Shown in pieces: positions 50,910 to 60,773 of a DNA stretch of 64,000 nucleotides. Where the stretch lies: positions 616,230-680,229 of the forward strand of contig JADKJW010000001.1 of assembly GCA_016720835.1 (NCBI GenBank). The letters run 5' to 3'. A model generated the notes under the pieces. It made no database searches. It saw only the letters and a list, made by a program, of their open reading frames with translations, and was not told the origin of the DNA. Positions within the stretch are counted from its first letter, which is position 1. Each line of letters starts with the position of its first letter. The position numbers were made by a program, and so were the translations under genes. The stretch comes from Ignavibacteria bacterium. GTDB lineage: Bacteria; Bacteroidota; Ignavibacteria; SZUA-365.

Positions 50910-53609
50910 TCACGGCCCGGTAACCAGTTCCTGCATGATCCGCATCGGCAAGGTCATGCGCCGCTTCTTCAGCGTCTCGCCGTACTGGCGCATCGCCTCC
51001 TCGCCGTCCGCGGGAGTGGAATAGGAGCCCGTGCGGATGCTGTAGGCCTTGCCCGTGCCGTCGGCGTCGAGCGTCTCCTGTATCCAGAGCGGACAACCCA
51101 GCACGGTGGAGAGCGTGTCGACGAGCACCTGCGCGTTCTTCAGATACCCGTACGTGCCGAAGCTGATGCTCACGAATCTGCAGGTGGGCGCCGACCTGGG
51201 CGCATAGGCATCGAGCATCGACGCCGCGGCTTTCGCGGTGTTGCGCAGCAGCTTCTCCGTCTCCTGCGCCGCGCCCGCATCGGCCATGCAGCCACTGCGC
51301 AACGCGTACACGGTCTTGCCCTTCTCATCCGATTCGACGTAGAGAGTAAGGCTGTCCGCGCGCTGCTGCTCCTCGGGCAGGAAGCGCCGCAGGATGTCGA
51401 GCACGAACGCGGCCTGCGCGCTGTCGCGGAACACATGTTCGGCGCGGAAGCAGTCGCAGGCCTTCGGCTTTGCGTCGGGCTGCACGACTTCCTTCTGCAG
51501 GAAGTCCGTCTCGAAGGGCCGCCCCGCCGTGGCGGGATCGCCGATGACGGGGGTGACGAAGATCTCGATGCGCCGACCCTCGGGATTGTTGCACGGGAGG
51601 TTGCGCTGCGTGACGCGTTTCCTGCAATCGCTCTCGTTCGTCGCCATCGTCGTCTTCATTGTTCCGCGCCAGGCCGTCGGATCGTGAATGCCGAGCCCGT
51701 CGTAATCGAACACGATGCGCCCGCGCTCCTTGAAGTCGCGGTAGGCCTCGGAGCGCGCGCTCATGTCGCGGTCGATGGTCTTCATCGTGAAGTAGGAGCG
51801 CAGCATCGAGAGGATCACGTTGCCGTTCTGCCCGCGATCCTTCAGTGGCACGGCCTTGCCGCCATCCGCGGAGGGGAGCTGTGAGACCTGCATGCTCGTG
51901 CCGGACGCGATGCGCACGTTCTTCAACGCCACGGCTTCATCGGTGTAACTGCCGTCCTTCAGGCCGCAAGGATCGGTGTAGCCGACGAGCGTGATGAGCA
52001 GCGTGATGTCCTTCTCGGCGCACTTGTCCACCTTGCGCACCACGTTGTCGATTTTCTGGTAGATACTCTTTTCGAAGAAATCGTCGATGGTCTTCGACGC
52101 GCAGGCGTAGTCGTAGTCGCCCGGATCGATGAACTTCGCGCGGGCGAGCGCGCCGGCGGACCAGCTCTTGTTGAAGGCCGCATAGTTCGCGCTGGTGTTC
52201 GGCCACCAGTAACCGGTCACGAAGTACGGAATCCCGCTCGCATCGCTGATCAGGATGGTCTCCACCGCGCGGGGATTGCAGTCGCAGTTGACGGGCACGA
52301 TCTGCAGCGTGTCGCCGAGCTTCGCGATGGTGTCCACGGGACGGCAGTCGATGGTCACGCACTCCTCTCCCCTGTTGAGACGCGTGAAGCTGACGCGGTC
52401 GCCCACGTCCACCTGGATTTTCTGCCCCGACGCCATCGGTCTGCCGATGCCGTTCACCGTGACGAGCAGGTCCTGCGGATCCATCGCGCGGCCTTCCACG
52501 GCGATGTTCTTCACGGCCACGTTGCCCTTCTCGAAGCAGTACACTTTCGGCTGCATCCAGATTTTCGGCACAGGGAGTTTGCAGGCGTACACGTCGAAGC
52601 CGCCGTAGCCGCCGCCGCGGTTCGACGACCAGAACAGCACGTTGCCCAGTTCGGTGCGAGCGATACACGGGAACAGTTCCTCGCTCGCGGTGTTCACGTC
52701 GTAGCCCGCTTGCCGCGTCAGTGCGTTGAGATTCACGGGCGAAGGCGACGCGCCGCGCAGCAGGTCAGGGAGCGAGCCCGCGAGGTAGAGGTCGAAGCCG
52801 TTCTTCGATGGCGCGTTCTTCTCGAAGTCCCAGCGCGAGGCGAAGTACACCGCGCCCGACGCGTCGATGGCGGGCGACATGTCGTCGGACTTCGAGGCCA
52901 GCGACTTCACGATGGAGGGCGGCTGCCACTGCCCGCCCGCGCGCACGGAGTACCAGATGTTGACGCTCGTGTCGGCGGCATCGTAGGGATTCGGCCTGTC
53001 GGACACGAACAGCAGCGTGTCGCCGCCCGGCGAGAGCGCGGGCTGCGAGGTCCACGCGTCGGGCGCGTTGACGTTCTCCACGATGGCGGGCGACGCGAAG
53101 CGGCCGGCGAGATCCTTCTTCAATTTCCAGAGAAACAGATTGTAGCCCGATGCGCCCGCCATCAGCGCGCCCGAGGGATCGCGCGGCTGCTCGGCGGCGA
53201 TGATCATCTCGTCCCCGCGAATGGCTACGGCACCCTTGGTCCACGCGTCGAAGCCGGGATTGACCGACGCGATGCGCTCGGCGGCGCCCCAACCCCGGTG
53301 CGGGCGCGTGGCGTCGAGCTTCGCCTGATGCCGCGCGATGAAGATCTCGTTCGGCAGCGAGGTCAGCTTCTTCCCTTCGATGCTCCGCGAGGATGTCAGC
53401 CACAGCGCCGTCTCGTCGGGCGCGAACTCGACGAAGGCCGCGAACTCGTCGGCCGCCGAATTGACGCGCCCGTCCAGCAGCCCGCCGCCTGGACAGCACT
53501 TGCAGTCGATCACCTCGTCCGTCAGGTCTTTCGTGCCGCCGCAACCCGCGAAAAACAGCAGCGTCAGCGCGGCGGGCAGCATCGTGAACAGGAGCTTCGG
53601 GCTTCTCAT
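50910..53609 (-). CDS. large lipoprotein with TolB-like PD40 beta-propeller repeats
   Basis: Lipobox LLFFAGCGG. Repeated PALSPGGDTLLFVSDR / SPAIDASGAVYFASRW / LFWSSNRGGGYGGFDVY PD40-like units. Many paired Cys. Confidence 0.6.
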   Translation of the reverse strand: MRSPKLLFTMLPAALTLLFFAGCGGTKDLTDEVIDCKCCPGGGLLDGRVNSAADEFAAFVEFAPDETALWLTSSRSIEGKKLTSLPNEIFIARHQAKLDATRPHRGWGAAERIASVNPGFDAWTKGAVAIRGDEMIIAAEQPRDPSGALMAGASGYNLFLWKLKKDLAGRFASPAIVENVNAPDAWTSQPALSPGGDTLLFVSDRPNPYDAADTSVNIWYSVRAGGQWQPPSIVKSLASKSDDMSPAIDASGAVYFASRWDFEKNAPSKNGFDLYLAGSLPDLLRGASPSPVNLNALTRQAGYDVNTASEELFPCIARTELGNVLFWSSNRGGGYGGFDVYACKLPVPKIWMQPKVYCFEKGNVAVKNIAVEGRAMDPQDLLVTVNGIGRPMASGQKIQVDVGDRVSFTRLNRGEECVTIDCRPVDTIAKLGDTLQIVPVNCDCNPRAVETILISDASGIPYFVTGYWWPNTSANYAAFNKSWSAGALARAKFIDPGDYDYACASKTIDDFFEKSIYQKIDNVVRKVDKCAEKDITLLITLVGYTDPCGLKDGSYTDEAVALKNVRIASGTSMQVSQLPSADGGKAVPLKDRGQNGNVILSMLRSYFTMKTIDRDMSARSEAYRDFKERGRIVFDYDGLGIHDPTAWRGTMKTTMATNESDCRKRVTQRNLPCNNPEGRRIEIFVTPVIGDPATAGRPFETDFLQKEVVQPDAKPKACDCFRAEHVFRDSAQAAFVLDILRRFLPEEQQRADSLTLYVESDEKGKTVYALRSGCMADAGAAQETEKLLRNTAKAAASMLDAYAPRSAPTCRFVSISFGTYGYLKNAQVLVDTLSTVLGCPLWIQETLDADGTGKAYSIRTGSYSTPADGEEAMRQYGETLKKRRMTLPMRIMQELVTGP

Positions 53610-53669
53610 CGTCGTCCTCCGGAAGGAATCGTGTCGGGTGCCGTCGGGATGGAATGCGTCGCAGATCGA

Positions 53670-55934
53670 TCAGTACAGGACGACCGGATAGATCAGCTCG
53701 TACTCGATGCCGGTCTGATCATTGAAGCTGTTGGGCTCGTTGCCGAGGAAGATCTTCCGCACATAGAGCAGCGCCACGCCGCAGGGAATCACGTGACTCG
53801 TGGATCCGCTTGTCCACTGCCCCTGCGTGGAAATGATGTACACGTCGCCGGGCCGCGGGAGCACGGGCGTGGGGCCGGGAGGGAAGGTCCACGGCAGCGA
53901 GGCCTGCAGGAAGTATGCGCCGTTGGCGTTCAGCGTGTTCTGCACGTCGCCGACAATGCGTTTGACGTTCGCGAAATCCTTCTCGAGGTAGTTCCGCGTG
54001 AAGAGCAGCAGCTGCGTGAAGCTCGTGCCCGGCGTGCGGAACAGCATCGGATCCTGCGGCGGCGTGCGCGCGTACGAGGTGTCCGCCACCTCCACGAAGA
54101 AGTCGTGCAGATTCGGCGGATACGGGAAGGCCTTGGTCTGCGGATCGATCATGTTGAAGAGGCGGCCGATGTCGAGCGTGCCGTCGAACTGCGAACAGCA
54201 ATCGATGTGACAGACCTTGCGCACGGGAGGGTCGGGCAGCTTGGGCGTGTTCTGTCCGTACGCGTACAGCGTGATGACGTTGCTGATGCGGATGAAGGTG
54301 CCGACGACGGCGCGCACGGTGATGAGCTGCTGGCAGTCGCCGCAACTGCTGTTCGAAAGGCGGATGCTCACGGAGAAGATGCTGTCGCTGATCGACCCCG
54401 TCCGCGCGCGCAGGCCGCTCGCGAAGATCTGCTCGAACTCGCTCACGGTCGGCGCGGTGAAGCGCAGGGTCACGGTGGTGCGCGTGTTCCGGCCGAGCGT
54501 CACGTTCGCGCCGGGCGTCACGTCGAAGAAGCGGCTGTTGACGCGCTGCGGATCGCTGTCGATGAGCGTGATCTGCACGTTGGCCGGAGCGGGACAGCAG
54601 GCTGTGTCGGGCAGCAGCAGGGTGATCTCCTGATACACCGTGGTCTTCGTGCCGCCGCAGCCCTCGTTGGGCGAGAAGGGCACGGGGGAGTTGCCCGAGG
54701 AGAAATCGACGGCGATGGGTTTCGTCGCGGTGAACTGCTGCACGACGGGCTTCACCACCAGCGGACACATGGTGCGGCACGCGAAGCCCTGCAACCGCAC
54801 GGTGATGCGGCAGGGCGTGTCGTCCGCGAGGCGGATGAAGACGAGGAAGGTGTCCACCGCATTGCCCGCGCGCCAGGGCCGGAAACGCGCGGTGATGGAG
54901 AGGTCGCGGCCCGCGTCCACGACGGTGCCGGGGGCGGGAGCGATCACGTCCCAGAAGCGGTCGCGGTCGCGTGAGACTATGCTGTCCACGCGTATCGCGC
55001 GGCAGTCCGCGGGATTCTGGTACACGAGGATGTTCGCGTAGTCGCGCACCGTGCCCACCTCCACGGTGTTGGCGTCGGGCTCTATCGACAGCACGGAATC
55101 CCGCGGGCAGTTGCACTGGAATTCGATCACTGTCGCGAGCAGGCGCACGGTGTAGCGCACGGGCGTGCCGTCGGAACAGGTGAGCTGGAAATCGAGCGGC
55201 AGCTCGAAGTCGCCCGGATTCGCAGTCGAAACAGTGAAGACCACGGTGAGCGCTTCACCCTTCTTCAATACGACGGGCGAGCCCGTCACCACCCGGTCGT
55301 TCACGCGCACCTGCGCGATGCCGAAGGGCGCCCGCGGCGCGGGGATGGCGATGCTGAGGGTCTGATTCGGATCGGCGCAGTCCAGCACGAACAGCGTGCG
55401 CGTCAGCGTATATTCCGATATGCCTGTCGGTTTATTGCGCAGAAGGTCTGTACTGCCGCTTTCGTCGAGGAAGCGGTAGGTAACGAAAATATCGCGCGGA
55501 CAGCACACCAACAACGTGCCGACGAAGGACAGCGTGAACTTCGCGTCCGCGCAGAACAGGAACACGGGCGGATCGGAGTACTGCCGCTCGCTGCGGTACA
55601 CGCCGGCGATGCGGATGTTCACGCCCGCCGCGGGAAACACTGCGCGGTACTCGACGACGCCCTGGTCGTTCGTGCGCAATTGCGCGAGCACTTCCTCGCC
55701 GTTGGCGTTCACCTGCGTGATCGTGATTTCGGCATCCACGGCCGGACCGGTGCTGACGCCGGTAATGGGATCGATGACGCGCGCGACGACGGTGAGCACG
55801 CGCTCCTTCGCGCCCTTCGCGGGCACCACTTCGTCCTTGCAGCCCGCCGCCAGCAAGGCGACAAGTACGACGAGGGCGAGCGTCGCGGAGAATCGGATGC
55901 GGGGGTATGGTATATTCCTGCGGTCGGTGTTCAT
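53670..55934 (-). CDS. large Cys-rich lipoprotein, unknown function
   Basis: Lipobox LLAAGCKDE, 754 aa. 35-bp gap to the downstream gene and 60-bp gap to the upstream gene in the operon. Confidence 0.5.
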   Translation of the reverse strand: MNTDRRNIPYPRIRFSATLALVVLVALLAAGCKDEVVPAKGAKERVLTVVARVIDPITGVSTGPAVDAEITITQVNANGEEVLAQLRTNDQGVVEYRAVFPAAGVNIRIAGVYRSERQYSDPPVFLFCADAKFTLSFVGTLLVCCPRDIFVTYRFLDESGSTDLLRNKPTGISEYTLTRTLFVLDCADPNQTLSIAIPAPRAPFGIAQVRVNDRVVTGSPVVLKKGEALTVVFTVSTANPGDFELPLDFQLTCSDGTPVRYTVRLLATVIEFQCNCPRDSVLSIEPDANTVEVGTVRDYANILVYQNPADCRAIRVDSIVSRDRDRFWDVIAPAPGTVVDAGRDLSITARFRPWRAGNAVDTFLVFIRLADDTPCRITVRLQGFACRTMCPLVVKPVVQQFTATKPIAVDFSSGNSPVPFSPNEGCGGTKTTVYQEITLLLPDTACCPAPANVQITLIDSDPQRVNSRFFDVTPGANVTLGRNTRTTVTLRFTAPTVSEFEQIFASGLRARTGSISDSIFSVSIRLSNSSCGDCQQLITVRAVVGTFIRISNVITLYAYGQNTPKLPDPPVRKVCHIDCCSQFDGTLDIGRLFNMIDPQTKAFPYPPNLHDFFVEVADTSYARTPPQDPMLFRTPGTSFTQLLLFTRNYLEKDFANVKRIVGDVQNTLNANGAYFLQASLPWTFPPGPTPVLPRPGDVYIISTQGQWTSGSTSHVIPCGVALLYVRKIFLGNEPNSFNDQTGIEYELIYPVVLY

Positions 55935-55969
55935 GGCGGTCTCCTTCGGACGTCGGTGCGGGATGCGGG

Positions 55970-57025
55970 TCAGAACGTCACGCCCAGCCGCAGGCCGAGC
56001 ACGTTGGAAATGCGGACGGGATTGCGATCCCCCTCCGGCACGTCGGGGCAGCAGGTGATTTCGGGGAGCGGCAGCCAGGTGCGGCGCACGAAGAAATCCA
56101 CGCCGAGGTCGGTCTCATTCGACAATGGAATTTCGTAGCCGATGCCCAGGCCGATAAAGACGCGCTTGTCTTTTTCGATGGGCGCGTTCGTCGTGCCATC
56201 GAACGTGATGCCGACGTCGCCGAACACGTACCACGCGTTGCAGCCGCAGCCGTAGGGGTCGGGGTGGTTGTTGAACGTCAGCCGCGGATGGAAGGACAGC
56301 GGGATGAACACCGAGCCGTCCACCGGCCACACGCCCGTGAGCAGGCCGAGGTGCAGGTTGTCCGTCTTCACGCGGCGCGGACCCGTCTCGCCGAAGGAGA
56401 GCACCGGCCACAGCGCGGCGAGCTCCGCGCCCGCGGTGATTTTCGTGCCGCCGCGTCCAGTGGAGAAGGTCTCAGGTTCGTAGAGCACGCCGCCTTGCGC
56501 GTCGGGGTAGAACACCGGACTCTGTTCGCCGCGCCAGGCGCCCATGGCGCGCAGTTCCAGCTTGCCGATGCCGAGCGCGCCGTCGCGCGCGGACGCGCAG
56601 CTCACGCAGGTGCATTCGGGGCGGACGGGTTCGGGAGGAGTCTTGGTGTCCGACACCCGCGTGATGCGCTGCACCTGGTCCTCGGGAATGATGTAGGTGC
56701 GCGCGCCCTTGCAGTCGCCGCCCGGCGCGCAGGGGACGTCCACGCGCAGGATGGGTACGCCTTCGCCGCAGGCCAGCGACGGCGCGTAGCTCGTCACCAG
56801 CGACGACACCTCTCCTCCGCCGCACTGGTCCGCCACCGGCGTCTTCAATTCCACGCTGTACAGGTAGGCATCCGTGGGCGGGCAGTCGCCCTGCTCGCAA
56901 TACGCGCAGCGCGACGACGAGCAGGCGCCCAGCATCGCCGCCATCGCCAGCAACGCCAGCGCGAGCGGCAGCGCCCGCGGCACGCAAGCGGGGACACGGA
57001 AGCACGGAGTCATCGGTACGTTCAT
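55970..57025 (-). CDS. Cys-rich outer-membrane-like protein, unknown function
   Basis: Signal peptide/lipobox LLAMAAMLGACSS. C-terminal …LGLRLGVTF with terminal Phe typical of OM beta-barrel proteins. Confidence 0.45.
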   Translation of the reverse strand: MNVPMTPCFRVPACVPRALPLALALLAMAAMLGACSSSRCAYCEQGDCPPTDAYLYSVELKTPVADQCGGGEVSSLVTSYAPSLACGEGVPILRVDVPCAPGGDCKGARTYIIPEDQVQRITRVSDTKTPPEPVRPECTCVSCASARDGALGIGKLELRAMGAWRGEQSPVFYPDAQGGVLYEPETFSTGRGGTKITAGAELAALWPVLSFGETGPRRVKTDNLHLGLLTGVWPVDGSVFIPLSFHPRLTFNNHPDPYGCGCNAWYVFGDVGITFDGTTNAPIEKDKRVFIGLGIGYEIPLSNETDLGVDFFVRRTWLPLPEITCCPDVPEGDRNPVRISNVLGLRLGVTF

Positions 57026-57158
57026 GGGGCACCTGTGGTCAGTGCGGATGGAAAGAGTGTTTCGTGTGGGTGCAAAGTACGGACAGAGCGGGGGAAAGGA
57101 AAACGAGGAGGGAGTGGGGAGTAGGGAGTAATGAGAAATTCTGATCGCTTGCATCGGG

Positions 57159-57232
57159 TGGGACTCCACCTGCGCTTTGCTTCGCGAAGCTTCGGTGGGC
57201 AGGCAAGCGTCCCGCTTGTCGATTCCGAACCT
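57159..57232. repeat. 75-bp repeat element, copy 1 (inverted partner at 63049-63121)
   Basis: Near-identical reverse complement of 63049-63121. Contains the hairpin gggcaggcaagcgtcccgcttgtc. Confidence 0.85.
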
Positions 57233-57339
57233 GGCTTCCTGCACCAGTCTAATGAAATGTTGGAGTGTTGGAGTGTTGGAGTGAATGCCGATGATGCAGG
57301 AAAAAGCCCCGAAGGGGCGGCATTCCCCAACCCAGGGCC

Positions 57340-57500
57340 CGCGGCCGGGGGGGGGGGACGGCCCAAACCGGGGGGCCGGGGCGGGGGGGGGGGAAGAAAA
57401 AAGGGGGGAGGGAGGGGGGGGGGGGGGGGGGGGAGGGGGGGGGGAGGGGGGGGGGGGGGGGGGGGGGGGGGGAGGGGGGGGGGGGGGGGGGGGGGGGGCG
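57340..57500. repeat. about 160-bp near-homopolymeric poly-G tract flanked by inverted 20-mers
   Basis: Directly visible. Flanked by ggcattccccaacccagggc (57323-57342) and its reverse complement (57518-57537). Confidence 0.9.
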
Positions 57501-57638
57501 TGGGGCCCCAGGGCTCACGCCCTGGGTTGGGGAATGCCGTCCGCCTCCGGCGGACTCACCCACGTTGCGCGTTGTGCCGCCGCCCCAGGGCTCACGCCCT
57601 GGGTTGGGGAACAGTGGAGAGTCAAGGCTGGCAAGGTC

Positions 57639-58424
57639 CTATCTTTTAATCGAAAAGAGTCTCGTCTCCGTCATTCCGTTCGCGCTGAAGGAGACGACGT
57701 ACGACCCGTTCCGGAGCTGCGCGATCATGACAGGTATCACGTGCGTGCCACGCGGGAACAGCGCGCCGTCGCACGGACGCGCGAGTTCCTCTCCGAGAAG
57801 CGAGTAGAGCGCGAGCTGCACAGGCGCTTCTTCAGGGATTGAGAACTCGACGAACACCGTGCCTGATGCCGGATTCGGATACGCGGCACGCAACGCCGGA
57901 GACTCGGGTGTATCGATCAACCACACTTCCACGACAGGCGAGTAGTCGGAAGCACCGTCATTGTCCACCTGGCGCAGTCGATAGCGGAGTATCTCGCCGC
58001 GCGACAATTCCCCGATGGACCGATCGACGAACGCGTAGTAATTTTCCCTCATGCCCGGGGCGTTTGCTGGAACGAAACCGCGTACCTGCCAGGCGCCGTC
58101 GGGCAGCGCGAACTGAATTTCATAGCCGGCGCAATTGCGCTCGCCTGCCGATCTCCATTGAAGCGTGACGGCGCCGCCCTCGCATGTCGCACTCAAGGAG
58201 AGCAGCTCCACGGGAATGACCACCGCCCGGCAGATGTTGTTGATGTTCGGGTAGGTGAGCGTTCCGTAGCCGGGATTGTTGGCGAAGATGGTGTCGGCGC
58301 AGAACGTCGCGCCCACGGGAATATCGATCTGCGCTCCGATGGGGATGGAGACGGTGCCGAGCTGACCGAACAGCGGGACCGTGATCAACAGCATCAGGAG
58401 AAATGAACGATGGAGGTGTTTCAT
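57639..58424 (-). CDS. secreted protein with T9SS C-terminal sorting domain
   Basis: Signal peptide. C-terminal AYPNPASGTVFVEF…LYSLLGEEL…GSYVVS…TRLFSIKR (Por_Secre_tail pattern). Confidence 0.6.
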   Translation of the reverse strand: MKHLHRSFLLMLLITVPLFGQLGTVSIPIGAQIDIPVGATFCADTIFANNPGYGTLTYPNINNICRAVVIPVELLSLSATCEGGAVTLQWRSAGERNCAGYEIQFALPDGAWQVRGFVPANAPGMRENYYAFVDRSIGELSRGEILRYRLRQVDNDGASDYSPVVEVWLIDTPESPALRAAYPNPASGTVFVEFSIPEEAPVQLALYSLLGEELARPCDGALFPRGTHVIPVMIAQLRNGSYVVSFSANGMTETRLFSIKR

Positions 58425-58439
58425 GGCCGCGCTCCGCCG

Positions 58440-59663
58440 CTACTTCGACCGCAGCAGCGCGGCGTGCGTCTCGTCGCCCTGCGGCATATTTCGCAGAAGG
58501 AGCGTCCTGAGCGCCGCGAGTTCGGCCTTGAGTCCGCGCAGTTCCGACAGATGCGCCGCGAGCGCATGGTTCGCTTCCTGCAGGGCGTCGATGCGCGTGT
58601 TCTGCGCGGTTAGCAGCTCGCGCTGCTCCGCGGCCTGCCGCCGGAGGACGACGATTTCATCGGTCTTCGCCGCGAGCGCGCCCGTCCGCAGTTCCAGCGC
58701 CTTGACGGCGGCCATGTTCACGCCGTCGATGCTGATGCTGTTGATGCCGAGGCTGTCCATGCCGCCGAGATGGAAGGCCTGCCAGAAGTCCTGCGCCATC
58801 GGACCGATATAGCGGACGCCGGCATCGGATTCCCTGTAGCTCCACTCCGTCACCGGCAGGGCGCGGATGCACGACAGCAGCCATTCCCCGTCGACATCCG
58901 TGACATGCTCCTTCCTGTTTCGATCCGACACACTCGTCCACCCGCTGGCACCGCCGCTCATGTACACTCCCTGCGTGAGCCCGCCGTTTGTGTACAGGCG
59001 GTATCCGCTACTGAAGCGCATGGACATCTGATTGTTCGAGCTCGCCGTCATCACCGTGCTCGTGCTCTGGTCGCCGATCACGCAGGCGCCCGCGGCGCCG
59101 TTCGTTGACACATACGAACCGATCGCGATCCCGTACTGACTGTTGGCGGTTGCGTGCGCCCCAATCGCGACTGAAGGGGTCCCGCTGGCCACCGAGTGCA
59201 GCCCCAGAGCCAGGGAGTAGCCCCCTGTGGCACTTGCATCGTACCCGAGGGCCGTGGAAGCATAGCCGCTGGCGGTGGTGTTGCGGCCGGTGGCCGTGGA
59301 GAAATCACCAATGTTCGCATCGTCCCATTCAGACGCGGTGACATTTCCCGCCCGGAAGGCGCCTTTTCTCGGGTAAAAGAACATTCGCGTTCCGGCTCCG
59401 GAAGTTGTGAGGGATGCTCCGGAATTAAAGGAGCCTCTGGCCATGAAGCCCCCGTCATTTTCGAGGGTCAGTTTGAATTCGCCTGGGGTTGCCGTCCCGA
59501 CAGCGACCCTGCCGTCACCGCGGACCGTCAGCAGGGCGCTGCCCGCATTGTTTTTCACGGTGAATCCTTGGGAAACCGTGTTGCCGGACATTTTCGATTC
59601 GACGTCCTGCGCGGAGGCGACTCCGGCAGCGAGGAGCAATGCAATACTCAATGTGCGGATCAT
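58440..59663 (-). CDS. tail-fibre-like protein with peptidase S74 (intramolecular chaperone) domain and C-terminal coiled coil
   Basis: Signal peptide MIRTLSIALLLAAGVASA. Ser/Gly/Thr-rich beta-helix-like repeats. SDRNRKEHVTDVDGEWLLSCIRALPVTEW…YIGPMAQDF…SISIDGV matches the S74 chaperone signature (SDxRxKxxI…). Confidence 0.6.
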   Translation of the reverse strand: MIRTLSIALLLAAGVASAQDVESKMSGNTVSQGFTVKNNAGSALLTVRGDGRVAVGTATPGEFKLTLENDGGFMARGSFNSGASLTTSGAGTRMFFYPRKGAFRAGNVTASEWDDANIGDFSTATGRNTTASGYASTALGYDASATGGYSLALGLHSVASGTPSVAIGAHATANSQYGIAIGSYVSTNGAAGACVIGDQSTSTVMTASSNNQMSMRFSSGYRLYTNGGLTQGVYMSGGASGWTSVSDRNRKEHVTDVDGEWLLSCIRALPVTEWSYRESDAGVRYIGPMAQDFWQAFHLGGMDSLGINSISIDGVNMAAVKALELRTGALAAKTDEIVVLRRQAAEQRELLTAQNTRIDALQEANHALAAHLSELRGLKAELAALRTLLLRNMPQGDETHAALLRSK

Positions 59664-60285
59664 GAGGAATCCCTCCTGGATGGTTCGTGAGCAGTGAGTG
59701 AACAACTCGGGAACAGGAGTGACCGGCGCGACTGATGCAGAACCGGCCTGTCGATCTCTCTATGCGCTTCCGGCTGGATGAGACGAGGATTCGAAGACCG
59801 CGCGGGAGTCGGGCTTTCGCCGAACGATACCATGGATGTATTGTGCCATTCTACCATTCTGGAGAGCGATTCGCAACAGAATAATGCGACGGCATCATCG
59901 CGGAGTCGCGACAAATACAATCTCCATCGAGGCAATAGATATTTCGATCATGCCAATAAAAAATCCGATAGAGGCATTTCGTACCTCGAACAAACAGCCG
60001 GCATGCCGATCTCGACACAGAAAAATTCGATCGTGGCGTTTTGAAAACCGAGCGGGACATTGAAAAAACCAATCACATCTCTACGGTACTGGAGTTTGTC
60101 TCTGAATCTTCCGGATGAAACGTGTATCTTATTGGTATGAGCAGCGAGCATGATCGGCACGGTGAACATATGTGTGAAGCCCGCGAAGTTGGAACCCAGA
60201 AAAGCAAGAACACGATTTGATTTCCCTCTCCCTCTGGGAGAGGGTGGCCGAAGGCCGGGAGAGGGGTGTGATGCGTATGCGGACG

Positions 60286-60480
60286 ACCGCTCGAGTGGAT
60301 CTTGCAGGACAACGAGGCTGTGAGGATCATGGATTCGCCCCAATGCCGCTCGTAAACCGAAGGTCCAGATCCTTCACTTCGTTCAGGATGACAGGGCTCT
60401 GAAGATCACGATTCGCCCGATGCCGCTCGTACACTGAATGGCCAGATCCTTCACTTCGTTCAGGATGACAGGGCAGTAAA
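60286..60480. repeat. two tandem copies of an about 85-bp element (…gccgctcgta…cagatccttcacttcgttcaggatgacaggg…)
   Basis: Directly visible. Shares a core with the 3460-3705 repeat family in reverse orientation. Confidence 0.8.
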
Positions 60481-60512
60481 GATCACACTCAAATATTCAG
60501 CAGAGAACAACA

Positions 60513-60737
60513 ATGACCGAGAAACAATACACCATCAGCGGAATGTCCTGCAACCACTGCGTCATGAGCCTGAAGAAGGAACTCGCGAAGGTGGCCGGGC
60601 TCGAAATCAGGGACGTGCAGGTCGGTTCGGCGCTCGTGGCGTACGACCCTGCCGCCGTGCAGGAAGGCGCCATTCTCGCGGCCGTCGAGGAGGCAGGCTA
60701 CGCGGTCGTGAACAGCGACGCGGTCGCCGCCGGCTGA
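60513..60737 (+). CDS. copZ: heavy-metal-associated copper chaperone (CopZ-like)
   Basis: GMSCNHC metal-binding motif, 74 aa. Confidence 0.8.
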   Translation: MTEKQYTISGMSCNHCVMSLKKELAKVAGLEIRDVQVGSALVAYDPAAVQEGAILAAVEEAGYAVVNSDAVAAG

Positions 60738-60773
60738 GCCGGACCGTGCGCTCGCACCGTCTCCCGTAACGCC

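Noticed and set aside
57285-57842. ORFs translating the poly-G tract as poly-Gly/poly-Pro proteins
   Set aside because: Translation of a homopolymer tract, not a gene.
59948-60343. 131-aa minus-strand ORF in the AT-rich island upstream of copZ
   Set aside because: No start context or family resemblance, and it overlaps repeat elements. It is kept only as a possible regulatory region.
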